Positions 40,141-49,326 of a DNA stretch of 64,000 nt are shown piece after piece. The translations under genes and the position numbers were made by a program. Position 1 is the stretch's first letter. Each line of letters opens with the position of its first letter. The notes beneath the pieces are model-generated. The model was not told the origin of the DNA. It did not search any database and worked only from the letters and a program-made list of their open reading frames with translations. Source of the DNA: Desulfuromonadales bacterium (GTDB taxonomy: Bacteria > Desulfobacterota > Desulfuromonadia > Desulfuromonadales > JAHYIW01); contig JARGFI010000009.1 in the NCBI GenBank assembly GCA_029210745.1, positions 852 through 64,851 on the forward strand, written 5' to 3'.

Positions 40141-40742
40141 GTTCAATCCTCAAGGCACTCAAAAAAATCGAGCAGGAACGGGCAGGGCAGCGTGACGGGG
40201 TCGTGAATATCACCTTTGATGTGATCAAGGGCGGTGATCAGCCCCGTCGGAATAAACCGCCGTTGGTTCTTGTCTTGCTTGTCGTTATCGTGCTGCTGGT
40301 TGGAGCCACCTTTTTCTGGTGGCGATCCGGTAAAGAGGATGACTCACTCAAAATGACCGCGTCGCCTGAAGTGCTCCGTGAAGTTGTGCTGGCAGTTGAT
40401 CGCCCTCAGGCGGCAAGTTCCCCACCGGCAAAACAGGACACGCCGACAGCGAGCATGGCGGTTACCGCGCCCGCACCGGTTATCCCCGGTGAGTCCCTAA
40501 TCACCACAGCGAAAGATGATGCGACAGACGTTTCAGACTCACCTGTTGCGCCGGTGTCAGCACGTTTCCAGCTCAGTGCGATAGTTTATGACGCTATTCC
40601 TGAAAATCGGCTGGCGGTGATCAACGATCTGCCGGTCATGGAGGGGACGATGATTGCTGACGCGCTGGTGGTCGAAATTGCCGCCGATCTGGTGGTGGTT
40701 GTGATTGCCGGGGAGTTCGTGGAAATTCGTTTGGCCAATTGA
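40137..40742 (+). CDS. gspB: GspB/ExeB-like protein
   Basis: MSSILKALKKIEQER start, one TM helix, C-terminal LSAIVY...RLAVIND; overlaps the gspA stop. Confidence 0.8.
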   Translation: MSSILKALKKIEQERAGQRDGVVNITFDVIKGGDQPRRNKPPLVLVLLVVIVLLVGATFFWWRSGKEDDSLKMTASPEVLREVVLAVDRPQAASSPPAKQDTPTASMAVTAPAPVIPGESLITTAKDDATDVSDSPVAPVSARFQLSAIVYDAIPENRLAVINDLPVMEGTMIADALVVEIAADLVVVVIAGEFVEIRLAN

Positions 40743-40774
40743 TCGATGGTTGTGCATTTCTGCTATGATGGCGC

Positions 40775-41119
40775 TCATCCTTCATTTCCCCATTGCCAAT
40801 TGTTGTCAACAGGTTTTTTTTGCGTTTTTGATGATGCGCGTTGACGCTCTTTGCCGCCCAGTTTCAGCAGATTCATGGGACGCGGGCCGGAACTCGGGAT
40901 GGCGGCATAGAGGGCGTCGAGGATATCAAGCGCCCGCATAACGCGAACCAGCGTCGAGCTCTGCGTTGATTCTCCGGCTTCGATGCGTTCGACGGTCCGC
41001 TTTGAGACCCCTGCTTCCCTGGCCAGGCTGGCTTGTGTGAGTCCACGTTCGATGCGAAGACGGTTCAGTCTGTGCCCGATTTCTTCCAATACGGTCTTGT
41101 CGCTCGCAGTAGTGTTCAT
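40775..41119 (-). CDS. XRE-family HTH regulator (HipB-like antitoxin type)
   Basis: IGHRLNRLRIERGLTQASLAREAGVSKRTVERIEAG; ATG at 41119 after AAAGGAGG. Confidence 0.88.
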   Translation of the reverse strand: MNTTASDKTVLEEIGHRLNRLRIERGLTQASLAREAGVSKRTVERIEAGESTQSSTLVRVMRALDILDALYAAIPSSGPRPMNLLKLGGKERQRASSKTQKKPVDNNWQWGNEG

Positions 41120-41127
41120 GAGCTTTA

Positions 41128-41290
41128 TCGCCTCCTTTGACGACTTGTTGGCTAAATAATAGCTTATTTCGTCAAATATTGCGAGTTGTAATATGTGTGT
41201 AATATGTGTAAAATCATCTATATCGCCATATTTGACGAATAAAAGCTGAAAACAGGACACAAGTCGCTATGTTTGGCGACTTGTGTCCTG
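41128..41290. promoter_or_regulatory. Four 16-bp TCG-N10-CGA operator-like palindromes; the last lies within a 15-bp-arm inverted repeat
   Basis: TCGCCTCCTTTGACGA 41128, TCGTCAAATATTGCGA 41169, TCGCCATATTTGACGA 41223, TCGCTATGTTTGGCGA 41264; inverted repeat 41253-41290. Confidence 0.7.
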
Positions 41291-41391
41291 GTCATGAAGC
41301 TTTCGGGGGTTGAACTGATCAGCGGCAACTACACGGCGGGGAATGATAACAGGAAAATTGTGAAAATCAGCGAATTATCGACAGGGCGGGA

Positions 41392-42024
41392 TCAGTGCCG
41401 CCGACCGCCGGTCGCCCGCTTTTTGAACAGTTTCATTCGGTAATAGGTCTCCCGTTCACGCTCAGCCAGATAGTGGGTAATATCTTTGATCTCACTTTTT
41501 AATGCCGGTTGAACGCGTTCTTCCAGCACCCTGATCCGCCGTGTTACCCGCAGCAACTCCTCGCCGAGCCGCCGGAACATCCCCTCATAACGCGCCATGG
41601 CCAGCATTTCCTCGATAATTGTTTCAAATAGATGCAGCGTTTCATCAAGACGGGGGGTGGTTGACGGGTAATCATAGCCACGCTCAACCAAAGTCCGGCG
41701 CACACTTTCGACCTCCTGCAGATCGTAATAATGCAGCCCGAGGATGTTCGTCTGCGTCACCGTGACTCCCAGATGGCGTTGACTGATCAGTGCCAGCGAA
41801 GCAATATAGTCCTGCCCCTCCAGCCCGATTGAGGTTTGCAGTGCGTCGATTCCCTGCCCGTAATGCTGCCGGGTTTCCTCACGCGAGGTGATCAGGGGAC
41901 GACCGATCTCCAGAAATTTTTTGATCAGTGCCTGACGCCGCCCCTTGAGGATTGTGGTGCAGTTGATCACCGCATGACGACGTTCTTTGAGCAGCAACAG
42001 ATTCGTGCGAGTGGCCTGAATCAT
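41392..42024 (-). CDS. ntpD: V/A-type ATPase subunit D
   Basis: TRTNLLLLK, ILKGRRQAL, TRRIRVLEE, LAERERE; last gene of the operon. Confidence 0.92.
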   Translation of the reverse strand: MIQATRTNLLLLKERRHAVINCTTILKGRRQALIKKFLEIGRPLITSREETRQHYGQGIDALQTSIGLEGQDYIASLALISQRHLGVTVTQTNILGLHYYDLQEVESVRRTLVERGYDYPSTTPRLDETLHLFETIIEEMLAMARYEGMFRRLGEELLRVTRRIRVLEERVQPALKSEIKDITHYLAERERETYYRMKLFKKRATGGRRH

Positions 42025-43346
42025 GGCGTTCCCCGCTTATATTCGTTGAGTAACTCAAGTCCCAGATCAAGGGTTTGCAAGATGTCGCGGCGTTCTTCCC
42101 CCTGATGAACAAAACGCCGCTCGAACTCGTCAGCCATATGCAGAAATTTCCGGTCTTCTTCAAGCAGTCCGTCCGTACCGACGACGGTAGCCAGCTTGCG
42201 CAGTTCCCGCCCCTTGGCGTAATTCTGGTAAAGCTGGTTGGCGATGTCGCGGTGATCGGCGCGGGTCTGGTTGGCACCAATGCCGTGTTGCATCAGCCGC
42301 GAGAGGCAGGGGAGGACGTCGATCGGGGGGAATATCCCTTTTTGATGCATCTCGCGCGACAGGACAATCTGCCCTTCGGTAATGTACCCGGTCAGGTCAG
42401 GGATCGGGTGGGTGATATCATCCTCGGGCATGGTCAGGACCGGGAGCATGGTGACTGAGCCTGGCCGGTCATGCAGCCGCCCGGCGCGTTCGTAGAGTGA
42501 CGCCAGATCGGAATACATGTAGCCGGGATAACCGCGCCGTCCCGGCAACTCTTCGCGTGAGGTTGAAATTTCGCGCAGTGCATCGCAGTAGTTGGTCATG
42601 TCACTGATAATGACCAGCACATCCATCTGATGATTAAATGCCAGATCTTCGGCAACGGTCAGGCCCAAACGCGGTGCCAGAAGCCGCTCGACGACCGGTT
42701 CCCCGGCCAGATTGAAGAAGGCGACAAACCGGTTTGGCATCTGTTCCAGGGTGTTGCGAAAAAAATTGAATTCGTTGAAATGCAGCCCCAGGGCGACAAA
42801 AACCACGACAAACTCGCCGGTCCCCGGCAGTCGGGCCTGGGAGAGAATCTGCGCTACCAGTTGCTGGGCGGGGAGCCCGGCAGAGGAGAAGATCGGCAGT
42901 TTCTGCCCTTTGATCAGGCTGTTGAGGCCGTCGATAGCCGTAATCCCGGTCTCGATCATTTCGCGTGGATAAGCGCGCGCCACCGGATTGATCGGTGCGC
43001 CGGAAACCGCCTCCCAACGCTCCGGGATATACATCGGCGCACCATCGAGGGGCTCGAACGATCCGTTGAATATTCGTCCGAGACAGTGGCGGGAGAGTGG
43101 CGCGCGTTTGACGGTGTCATGGAAAGTGACGCTGGTCTTTTCAAGATCAAGACCGGAAGTTTCACCGAAGACCTGAATCAGCACCTGTTTGGTATCGATC
43201 TTCAATACTTCCCCCTCCAGCCGTTGGCCGTTGGGAGCCAGCAGGGTGACGGTTTCGCCGATTCGCGCTTCAAATACCCGTTCGACAAAAACCAGTGGCC
43301 CACGAATGGCGTCAATCGAACGATAACAGTGCTCAGCCAGGCGCAT
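42021..43346 (-). CDS. ntpB: V/A-type ATPase subunit B
   Basis: GQKLPIFS, DMTNYCDALREIS, PGRRGYPGYMYSDLASLYERAG, PDLTGYITEGQI. Confidence 0.96.
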   Translation of the reverse strand: MRLAEHCYRSIDAIRGPLVFVERVFEARIGETVTLLAPNGQRLEGEVLKIDTKQVLIQVFGETSGLDLEKTSVTFHDTVKRAPLSRHCLGRIFNGSFEPLDGAPMYIPERWEAVSGAPINPVARAYPREMIETGITAIDGLNSLIKGQKLPIFSSAGLPAQQLVAQILSQARLPGTGEFVVVFVALGLHFNEFNFFRNTLEQMPNRFVAFFNLAGEPVVERLLAPRLGLTVAEDLAFNHQMDVLVIISDMTNYCDALREISTSREELPGRRGYPGYMYSDLASLYERAGRLHDRPGSVTMLPVLTMPEDDITHPIPDLTGYITEGQIVLSREMHQKGIFPPIDVLPCLSRLMQHGIGANQTRADHRDIANQLYQNYAKGRELRKLATVVGTDGLLEEDRKFLHMADEFERRFVHQGEERRDILQTLDLGLELLNEYKRGTP

Positions 43347-44958
43347 TATTCCCTCCCTGAAGGATATCCGTCAGCAGCTCACCCTCTTCGAGTCGTTGTA
43401 CCGCCTGATCGTAATCGGCAATAATCGCGGCAATGCGTTGTGCTGTTTGCTGCGGGGATGAAAATGCATCTGCGGTGAAACTGTTCTGACAGAGGAAGTC
43501 GCGCCGGATGCGTTCGGCGGCCGACATCAGCAACTGATCGCGGTCCTGCAACCCTTCCATGCCGACGACCTCCACCACTTCGCGCAGGGCACTTTCCTGT
43601 TGCAGAATATCGCGGCAGCGGTGGTGTAATGTTGGCCACTGCACGTCAATCTCGCGGCTGAAATATGCGGTGCATTCTTTACTGAACAACGAATAACTGT
43701 GGTTCCAGTTGATCGCCGGAAAATGGCGACTGTGAGCGAGTGACGTATCAAGCTGGTAAAAAGCTCCGGCGGCGCGCAGGCACGCCTGGGTGACCGGCTC
43801 GGAAAAATCGGCACCTGGGGGGGAGACCGCAAGGATCATGCTCAGCGAACCGAGTTTTCCGGTAGCGGTTTTGACAACCCCGGAGCGCTCGATAAATCCG
43901 GCCAGCCGCGAGCTGAGGTAGGTCGGGTAACCGTCTTCGCCGGGGATCTCCTCCAGTGCGGCGGAGATTTCACGCAAAGCCTCGGCCCAGCGCGACAAAC
44001 TGTCGGCAAGAAAGAGGACATCGTACCCCATGTCACGATAATATTCCGCCATCGTCACCGCGGTGAAGATCGATGATTCCCGCGCGGCGACCGGCATGTT
44101 GGAGGTGTTGGCGATGATAATGGTTCGTTCCAGCAGCGGCTGCCCGGCAGCGTCGCGCAGTTCATCAAACTCACTCAATAAACCGGCCATTTCGTTCCCT
44201 CGCTCGCCGCAACCGACATAGACGACCACGTCGATATCGGTAAATTTGGCAATCGACTGCTCAAGCACGGTCTTGCCGGTGCCGAATCCGCCAGGAATAA
44301 TAGCTACCGCACCTTTGACCATCGGAAAGAGAAAATCGATGCAGCGCTGGCCGGTAATCAACGGCACCTCGGCGGGACATTTTTCCCCTCCGGGGCGCGG
44401 TCGACGCACCGACCAGTCCTGAAAACCGAACAGCTGCTCCCCCCCCTGCAAGGTGACCAGCGGTTCGTTCAGGCGGATCGGCCCGCTGTGAATATGCTCG
44501 ATTTTACCGGCGCAACGGGCAAAGAGGGGGTGTTCGATATGTCCCTCGGTGACAACGCCGTAGATGTCACCGACCGCCAGCACTGCGCCCACCTCTTTAC
44601 TGGGCGTAAACGGCCAGCTACGTTGCAGGTCGAGAGACGGGATGGTGCCGCAGTTCCTGATGAAAGCGCCACTTTTTTGCTGTAATGCCGGCAAGGGGCG
44701 TTGCAGGCCATCAAAAACGCCGCCCAGCAAACCCGGACCGAGAGTCACCGTCAACGGTGCTTGTGTCCCCTCCGCAGGTTCTCCGATACTGAGCCCATGG
44801 GTATCCTCGAAGACCTGCACAGTGGTGTGATCTTTTTCAAGGTGGACCACTTCCCCGGAAAGACGGGCGTGACCGATATAGACCCGGTCGTACAGTCTCA
44901 ACCCGCGTAGATCGATCGTGACGGTTGCTCCGGAAATGCTTGTCACCACACCTTTCAT
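43333..44958 (-). CDS. ntpA: V/A-type ATPase catalytic subunit A
   Basis: Walker A GGFGTGKT, GCGERGNEM, NTSNMPVAARE, SRWAEALREIS. Confidence 0.96.
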   Translation of the reverse strand: MKGVVTSISGATVTIDLRGLRLYDRVYIGHARLSGEVVHLEKDHTTVQVFEDTHGLSIGEPAEGTQAPLTVTLGPGLLGGVFDGLQRPLPALQQKSGAFIRNCGTIPSLDLQRSWPFTPSKEVGAVLAVGDIYGVVTEGHIEHPLFARCAGKIEHIHSGPIRLNEPLVTLQGGEQLFGFQDWSVRRPRPGGEKCPAEVPLITGQRCIDFLFPMVKGAVAIIPGGFGTGKTVLEQSIAKFTDIDVVVYVGCGERGNEMAGLLSEFDELRDAAGQPLLERTIIIANTSNMPVAARESSIFTAVTMAEYYRDMGYDVLFLADSLSRWAEALREISAALEEIPGEDGYPTYLSSRLAGFIERSGVVKTATGKLGSLSMILAVSPPGADFSEPVTQACLRAAGAFYQLDTSLAHSRHFPAINWNHSYSLFSKECTAYFSREIDVQWPTLHHRCRDILQQESALREVVEVVGMEGLQDRDQLLMSAAERIRRDFLCQNSFTADAFSSPQQTAQRIAAIIADYDQAVQRLEEGELLTDILQGGNNAPG

Positions 44959-45275
44959 AGTTGCAGCCTCACATGATAACCCAGTACCCGCCTGATCAGC
45001 CGTTGCAGATAATCTTCCTCGCCCCGGATATCTCTTTTTGGTGTCGGCAAGGTCACCAACAGTCCTCGCCAGTGTCTTTCGAGTTCGCTGAAACGTCTGG
45101 ACTCAATCGACTGCACCAGTCGCTCGTCGATGACCACGACCACCACGCTACTGTCGCTAATGGTTCGGCAGAGGAGTTCTTCTGCCTGTTCCGGCGCGGT
45201 TGTTAATTGCTGCGTACCGGCCAGGCTGAACCCGTAGCGGGCATCATCGGCAGTGATAAAGACGACCTCGCTCAT
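44955..45275 (-). CDS. ntpF: V/A-type ATPase subunit F
   Basis: GFSLAG motif, about 106 aa, C-terminal IRRVLG; position before A. Confidence 0.85.
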   Translation of the reverse strand: MSEVVFITADDARYGFSLAGTQQLTTAPEQAEELLCRTISDSSVVVVVIDERLVQSIESRRFSELERHWRGLLVTLPTPKRDIRGEEDYLQRLIRRVLGYHVRLQL

Positions 45276-46159
45276 TGTACCCCCTGTCGTGGTTCATTTT
45301 GTGACGTCGCACCGCTCAGGTACAGCCCGCGATCTCTGGCGACCATCCAGCATCTCCAGAGATAATCGAGAACCAGTCCGATCTGCAACGGTTCACGACC
45401 GATGTGGCGCAGGTGCCGGGTTAACCCGCGCAACAGAAACTCTTCGCTGCCGATCGTTTCAGGATCGCCCGGCAAGCCGGTCTGCTGCTGCATTAATTCA
45501 CCGACCTTGTGCAGGTCGCGCGTCGCCCAGATTTTCTCGTACCCAGGTGCGCTCAACGTGCCACCGTTCAGAAACGGCGGGGGCGTTGTCACTTGCCAGT
45601 GCAGGTGTTTGTGGAGCGCCATCAGATTGCGCATATCAAGCAGGTAGACAAGCATTTCGCGCAGCGAAGGGCAGCAATTGCGGGTGACGGCATGCTGAAG
45701 GCAACCACCGAGCAAAGCCTGCTCCAGGCCGCCCGGTCCCTGGCGCAGCCAGATCGTCGACAGCCCGGAAAAATATGGATAGTTATCAGCCAGCTGACGC
45801 TCAAGTGTGCTGATCGCCGCCGCGACATGCGCTGCGTTGCGCACGATTTTTTTCAGTTGCGGATCGAGCAGGCTCAGGCGCAGCTGCGTTTCGACCGCCG
45901 CCGGGTCGTTGGCAGCCAGATAACGCAGGACAATCACCAGGGTGCGCAGCTCGACATATTCAAAAAACGGTAACAGCTGCTGACGCAGACGATGATTGAG
46001 TTGTTGATACACCCAGATATATTCGCCCAGCATGGCTTGTCGCGGCCCGCTGCGCCCCCCCGCTCCGCTGCTGTCAAGGGTCGCTCGCCGGTAACGAATC
46101 CGCGCAAAAAGATAGTCGCTGGGGTAGCCTGCGGTTGTGCTGTCAATCAAGAGATTCAT
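45272..46159 (-). CDS. ntpC: V/A-type ATPase subunit C (divergent)
   Basis: N-terminal YLFARIR, size about 295 aa, position between E and F. Confidence 0.7.
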   Translation of the reverse strand: MNLLIDSTTAGYPSDYLFARIRYRRATLDSSGAGGRSGPRQAMLGEYIWVYQQLNHRLRQQLLPFFEYVELRTLVIVLRYLAANDPAAVETQLRLSLLDPQLKKIVRNAAHVAAAISTLERQLADNYPYFSGLSTIWLRQGPGGLEQALLGGCLQHAVTRNCCPSLREMLVYLLDMRNLMALHKHLHWQVTTPPPFLNGGTLSAPGYEKIWATRDLHKVGELMQQQTGLPGDPETIGSEEFLLRGLTRHLRHIGREPLQIGLVLDYLWRCWMVARDRGLYLSGATSQNEPRQGVQ

Positions 46160-46727
46160 GGTCACCGGCGATCTGCCGCAGCTCATGCATCAGCTCAGAA
46201 AGAAGCTGCGGCCAAAGATGTTCAAGGCGTTTTCCCAGTGTGTTGCAGATATGAATTCTAGCGTCGGCACTGACGACTTCCAGCCCACCGCTGATCTCTT
46301 CGTCGGCCATGATTTCAGCAGCTGGAAATATTTTACGCGCCTGTTCCTGATCACGAGGATGAACCCTGACCTGCTGCCAGGGGTGGTCGGGAAGCTCGAC
46401 TGCCAGCGCTTCGAAAAGGGTGGAACCTTCAGCCCCCGCCAGTTCAAAGAGCAGTTCCAGGGCCAGTGTTTTCATGCGTTGTGCCAAGGCATCCTCGGCG
46501 TGAAGTCGACAGTTCCGGGACTCCCTGCGGGCAACGGAAAGAGCTTTTTCATGCACCATGTTCGCCTCGCGTTGCCATCGCGCGACGGCCGTCTGCCGTT
46601 GTTGCTCAATGTTTTGACGTGTGGCATCGCGCAGTTGTGAGGCTTCCATCTCAATGCGTTGCCAGATGGCGCGCGCCTGATCTTCCCCTTCGCGGCGCAA
46701 GGCATTTTCAAGTTCTTGTTGGGCCAT
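46143..46727 (-). CDS. ntpE: V/A-type ATPase subunit E
   Basis: N-terminal coiled coil, ISGGLEV...ICNTL. Confidence 0.85.
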   Translation of the reverse strand: MAQQELENALRREGEDQARAIWQRIEMEASQLRDATRQNIEQQRQTAVARWQREANMVHEKALSVARRESRNCRLHAEDALAQRMKTLALELLFELAGAEGSTLFEALAVELPDHPWQQVRVHPRDQEQARKIFPAAEIMADEEISGGLEVVSADARIHICNTLGKRLEHLWPQLLSELMHELRQIAGDHESLD

Positions 46728-46731
46728 CGAT

Positions 46732-46944
46732 TCAGAGCACCAGAATCATTGCCGCGACAACAAAACCAAGAATCACCATGGTTTCGGGAATCGCCAGCAG
46801 GATGATGATCGTTCCGGTCAACTCAGGTTTTTCCGCCAGGGTTCCGGCTCCGGCCGCGCCAATGCGTGACTGGGCCCAAGCGGTTGCCAGGGCGGGGAGT
46901 CCTACGGCCAAAGCGGCGGCAAAAGCCATCAATACTTTTTCCAT
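46732..46944 (-). CDS. ntpK: V/A-type ATPase proteolipid subunit K/c (single hairpin)
   Basis: AWAQSRIGAAGAG..AEKPE..AIPETMVILG; ATG at 46944 is best spaced from AAGGAGG. Confidence 0.93.
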   Translation of the reverse strand: MEKVLMAFAAALAVGLPALATAWAQSRIGAAGAGTLAEKPELTGTIIILLAIPETMVILGFVVAAMILVL

Positions 46945-46968
46945 AAACATTCCTCCTTTGCAGGTTAT

Positions 46969-48867
46969 CTATTTATGTGGACCGCTGTTTTTACGGTGCA
47001 GCGGTTTGAACTGCTGTCCCCCCAGATCCAGAAACTTGCTGAAAAATTCGACATAGTGCAGACGCAGGGCATGTACCGTCGGAGCAAAGACCCCGAGCAG
47101 CAGGTTGAAAAAATGCAGGATTCCGGCGACCAGGATACCGGCAAAAACATTGCCGCTCATCCCGCCCAGCTGGTTGGCGATTTGTGCCAGCATCACTGAA
47201 CACAGGCCGATGGCCATGATACGCACGTAGGAAACGATGTTGCCGAAGCTTTTCAGCAGCTCCAGGGGGGCCAGCAGACCGCCAACGACAATCAGCGCCG
47301 GCAGGAGCAACAGAATGGCGGTTAAAAGTGGCACCATCAGTTTGCCCAGGTCGAGGAACTGAAAACCGAGCAACCAGATCCCGCCAAGGATGATCAGCAG
47401 CAAAGTGATGCTTTTCACCAACGCCTCACGTTGCAGATGACGTTTGTAGTCGTAGTGGATGCCGAGCGCCAGCCCGAACAGAATATGCGCGGCGCCGACA
47501 GAAATCGAAAAGGCGATCATCGGCACAATCGCCTGACTGCGTTCAAGCCACAACGGTTGCAGATGCCAGACCCGTTCTCCGAGATCACCGAATAACTCGC
47601 CGAACAACAGCCCGAACACCAGGGTATACGCGGCGGAAGCGCCGAGGATTTTCGCTCCGTCAACCACGTTGGGGTGGGTTGGACAAGAGTAAATCAGCAG
47701 CCCGGCAAGGAGCGCAAGGAGCGCACCGTAACCGATATCGCCGAGGATCATGCCGAACAACAGTGGAAAAAAGAGACCGAGAAAAGGGGTCGGATCATAG
47801 GAGCTGTACCTGGGCAAGGGCAACAGTCGGGCAAAGAGTTCAAATGGTTTAAAATAAAGGGGGTTGCGCAACAGCACCGGAACCCGATCAAGATCCTCCT
47901 GGCACATCTTTTTGACAGTCAACACAACTTCCCCGTGAAAGTGTTCGGTCAGGTGCTGCTGGAGCATTGCAACGTCTTCCGATGGCATCCAGCCGTGAAC
48001 CAGAAAACATTGACGGGTCTCGTAAGCGCTGGCGGTCGATTGATAGAGGGCGATGCGTTCATCGAGCCAGTTAAGAGATTGCCGATAGATCGGCAGCCAG
48101 CGCCGTGCAAAGGTTTCTGTTTCGGCAGTAAGGGTGGTCAAGCGCTGCCGGGCCTGTTGATAGAGGTTGTCCAGGGCGGAAATTTTTTCTCGAAAGGGGA
48201 GTTCGGCCAGTTCTTCGGGCAGGGACAGCTCGGGAACCTGCTCTGACGCGAGTAATTTCCGTAACGGTTCCTCCATCTCCTGGTCGGTGGTGATCAAACC
48301 GACAGTCGATTCATCATCAACGGTTGCGGTGGTCAGTCGGATCCGCCCCTGTGAGTGCTTTTCAAGCAGCGCTTGCAAAGCTGGAATCTCCGCCGGATTG
48401 CGTATCGTGATGCCGAAAAAGATCAGCTGGGAGTTGTCACTGACTTCAGCCACCAATGGTTCGAGCACCATCCAGAAACGTAACTGGCGCGAGAGGTTTT
48501 CGACCTTTTCCTGTAGCTGCTGCGATTCTTTCTGCCAGTTTTTGCAGATCACCAGATGTTTCGTGACCAGTTCGTCCAGCACATCGATGATCGGCAGGGG
48601 ATGCAGGTAACTGGTGCGGGAGGGGAGGTCGGGTAGACACGCCAGCAAAGTGGAGATGCGTTCGTGTAATGATACAAAAAAAAGTTTTTCGCCAACGGTA
48701 GCTTCGTCGAGCAATAATTCCCTGATGTTGACTTCATCTTCACGCGAGACGAAGCTGTGAATATCAGCTTCTGGATGAAAAACCCCCTTATCGCGTAACA
48801 GGTCCAGGGTCGTCAGGAGGCGCTGCTTTGGTCCGACAATTTCAATTTTGGACATCTTGATGATCAT
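46969..48867 (-). CDS. ntpI: V/A-type ATPase subunit I/a
   Basis: YDPTPF, GMILGDIGYG, SYVRIMA, HALRLHYVEFFSKF. Confidence 0.95.
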   Translation of the reverse strand: MIIKMSKIEIVGPKQRLLTTLDLLRDKGVFHPEADIHSFVSREDEVNIRELLLDEATVGEKLFFVSLHERISTLLACLPDLPSRTSYLHPLPIIDVLDELVTKHLVICKNWQKESQQLQEKVENLSRQLRFWMVLEPLVAEVSDNSQLIFFGITIRNPAEIPALQALLEKHSQGRIRLTTATVDDESTVGLITTDQEMEEPLRKLLASEQVPELSLPEELAELPFREKISALDNLYQQARQRLTTLTAETETFARRWLPIYRQSLNWLDERIALYQSTASAYETRQCFLVHGWMPSEDVAMLQQHLTEHFHGEVVLTVKKMCQEDLDRVPVLLRNPLYFKPFELFARLLPLPRYSSYDPTPFLGLFFPLLFGMILGDIGYGALLALLAGLLIYSCPTHPNVVDGAKILGASAAYTLVFGLLFGELFGDLGERVWHLQPLWLERSQAIVPMIAFSISVGAAHILFGLALGIHYDYKRHLQREALVKSITLLLIILGGIWLLGFQFLDLGKLMVPLLTAILLLLPALIVVGGLLAPLELLKSFGNIVSYVRIMAIGLCSVMLAQIANQLGGMSGNVFAGILVAGILHFFNLLLGVFAPTVHALRLHYVEFFSKFLDLGGQQFKPLHRKNSGPHK

Positions 48868-49186
48868 CAGCGTACCCCGGTAAAATTTTTTGCAACTGGC
48901 GGCGTAATATCGTCAGCACTGTCCGCTGATCAATTTTCTCCAGGCTCCGGCAATAGCGGCTTTCGCGCTCGGCCAGTGTCTTGGCAACTTGAGCGGATTT
49001 TTTTTGCGCAGTCAGCAGCACTTTTTCCTCTTCTCTGATCAGCTCCTCTTCTGCCTGTGCAAGCATTTTTTCCTGTTCGGCGCGCACGCCCTCCAGCCAG
49101 GCCTCGGCCTTTTTCTGCTCCGCTTGTAACTGCTGCTGGATGCGTTTTTCCAGTTGAATTACGGAATTAAGGAGTTCGTCGGTCAT
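48842..49186 (-). CDS. V/A-type ATPase subunit G/H (peripheral stalk)
   Basis: Highly charged coiled coil, first gene of the operon. Confidence 0.7.
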   Translation of the reverse strand: MTDELLNSVIQLEKRIQQQLQAEQKKAEAWLEGVRAEQEKMLAQAEEELIREEEKVLLTAQKKSAQVAKTLAERESRYCRSLEKIDQRTVLTILRRQLQKILPGYADDHQDVQN

Positions 49187-49326
49187 CGCATTCATCCACC
49201 ATTGGTGTTCATTCATGCCAAGTATATCAAATGGATGGAGAATTGCGGTAGTGAAAGGATGGATTGTTGATTTGCGCAGACGGCGTGAATATTTTGACGT
49301 ATGACGACGACGGGGGGAGGAGAGGT

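Noticed and set aside
41128..41290. Mini-CRISPR interpretation of the four spaced repeats
   Set aside because: The repeats are only 16 bp, degenerate, in mixed orientation and unevenly spaced, and there are no cas genes.
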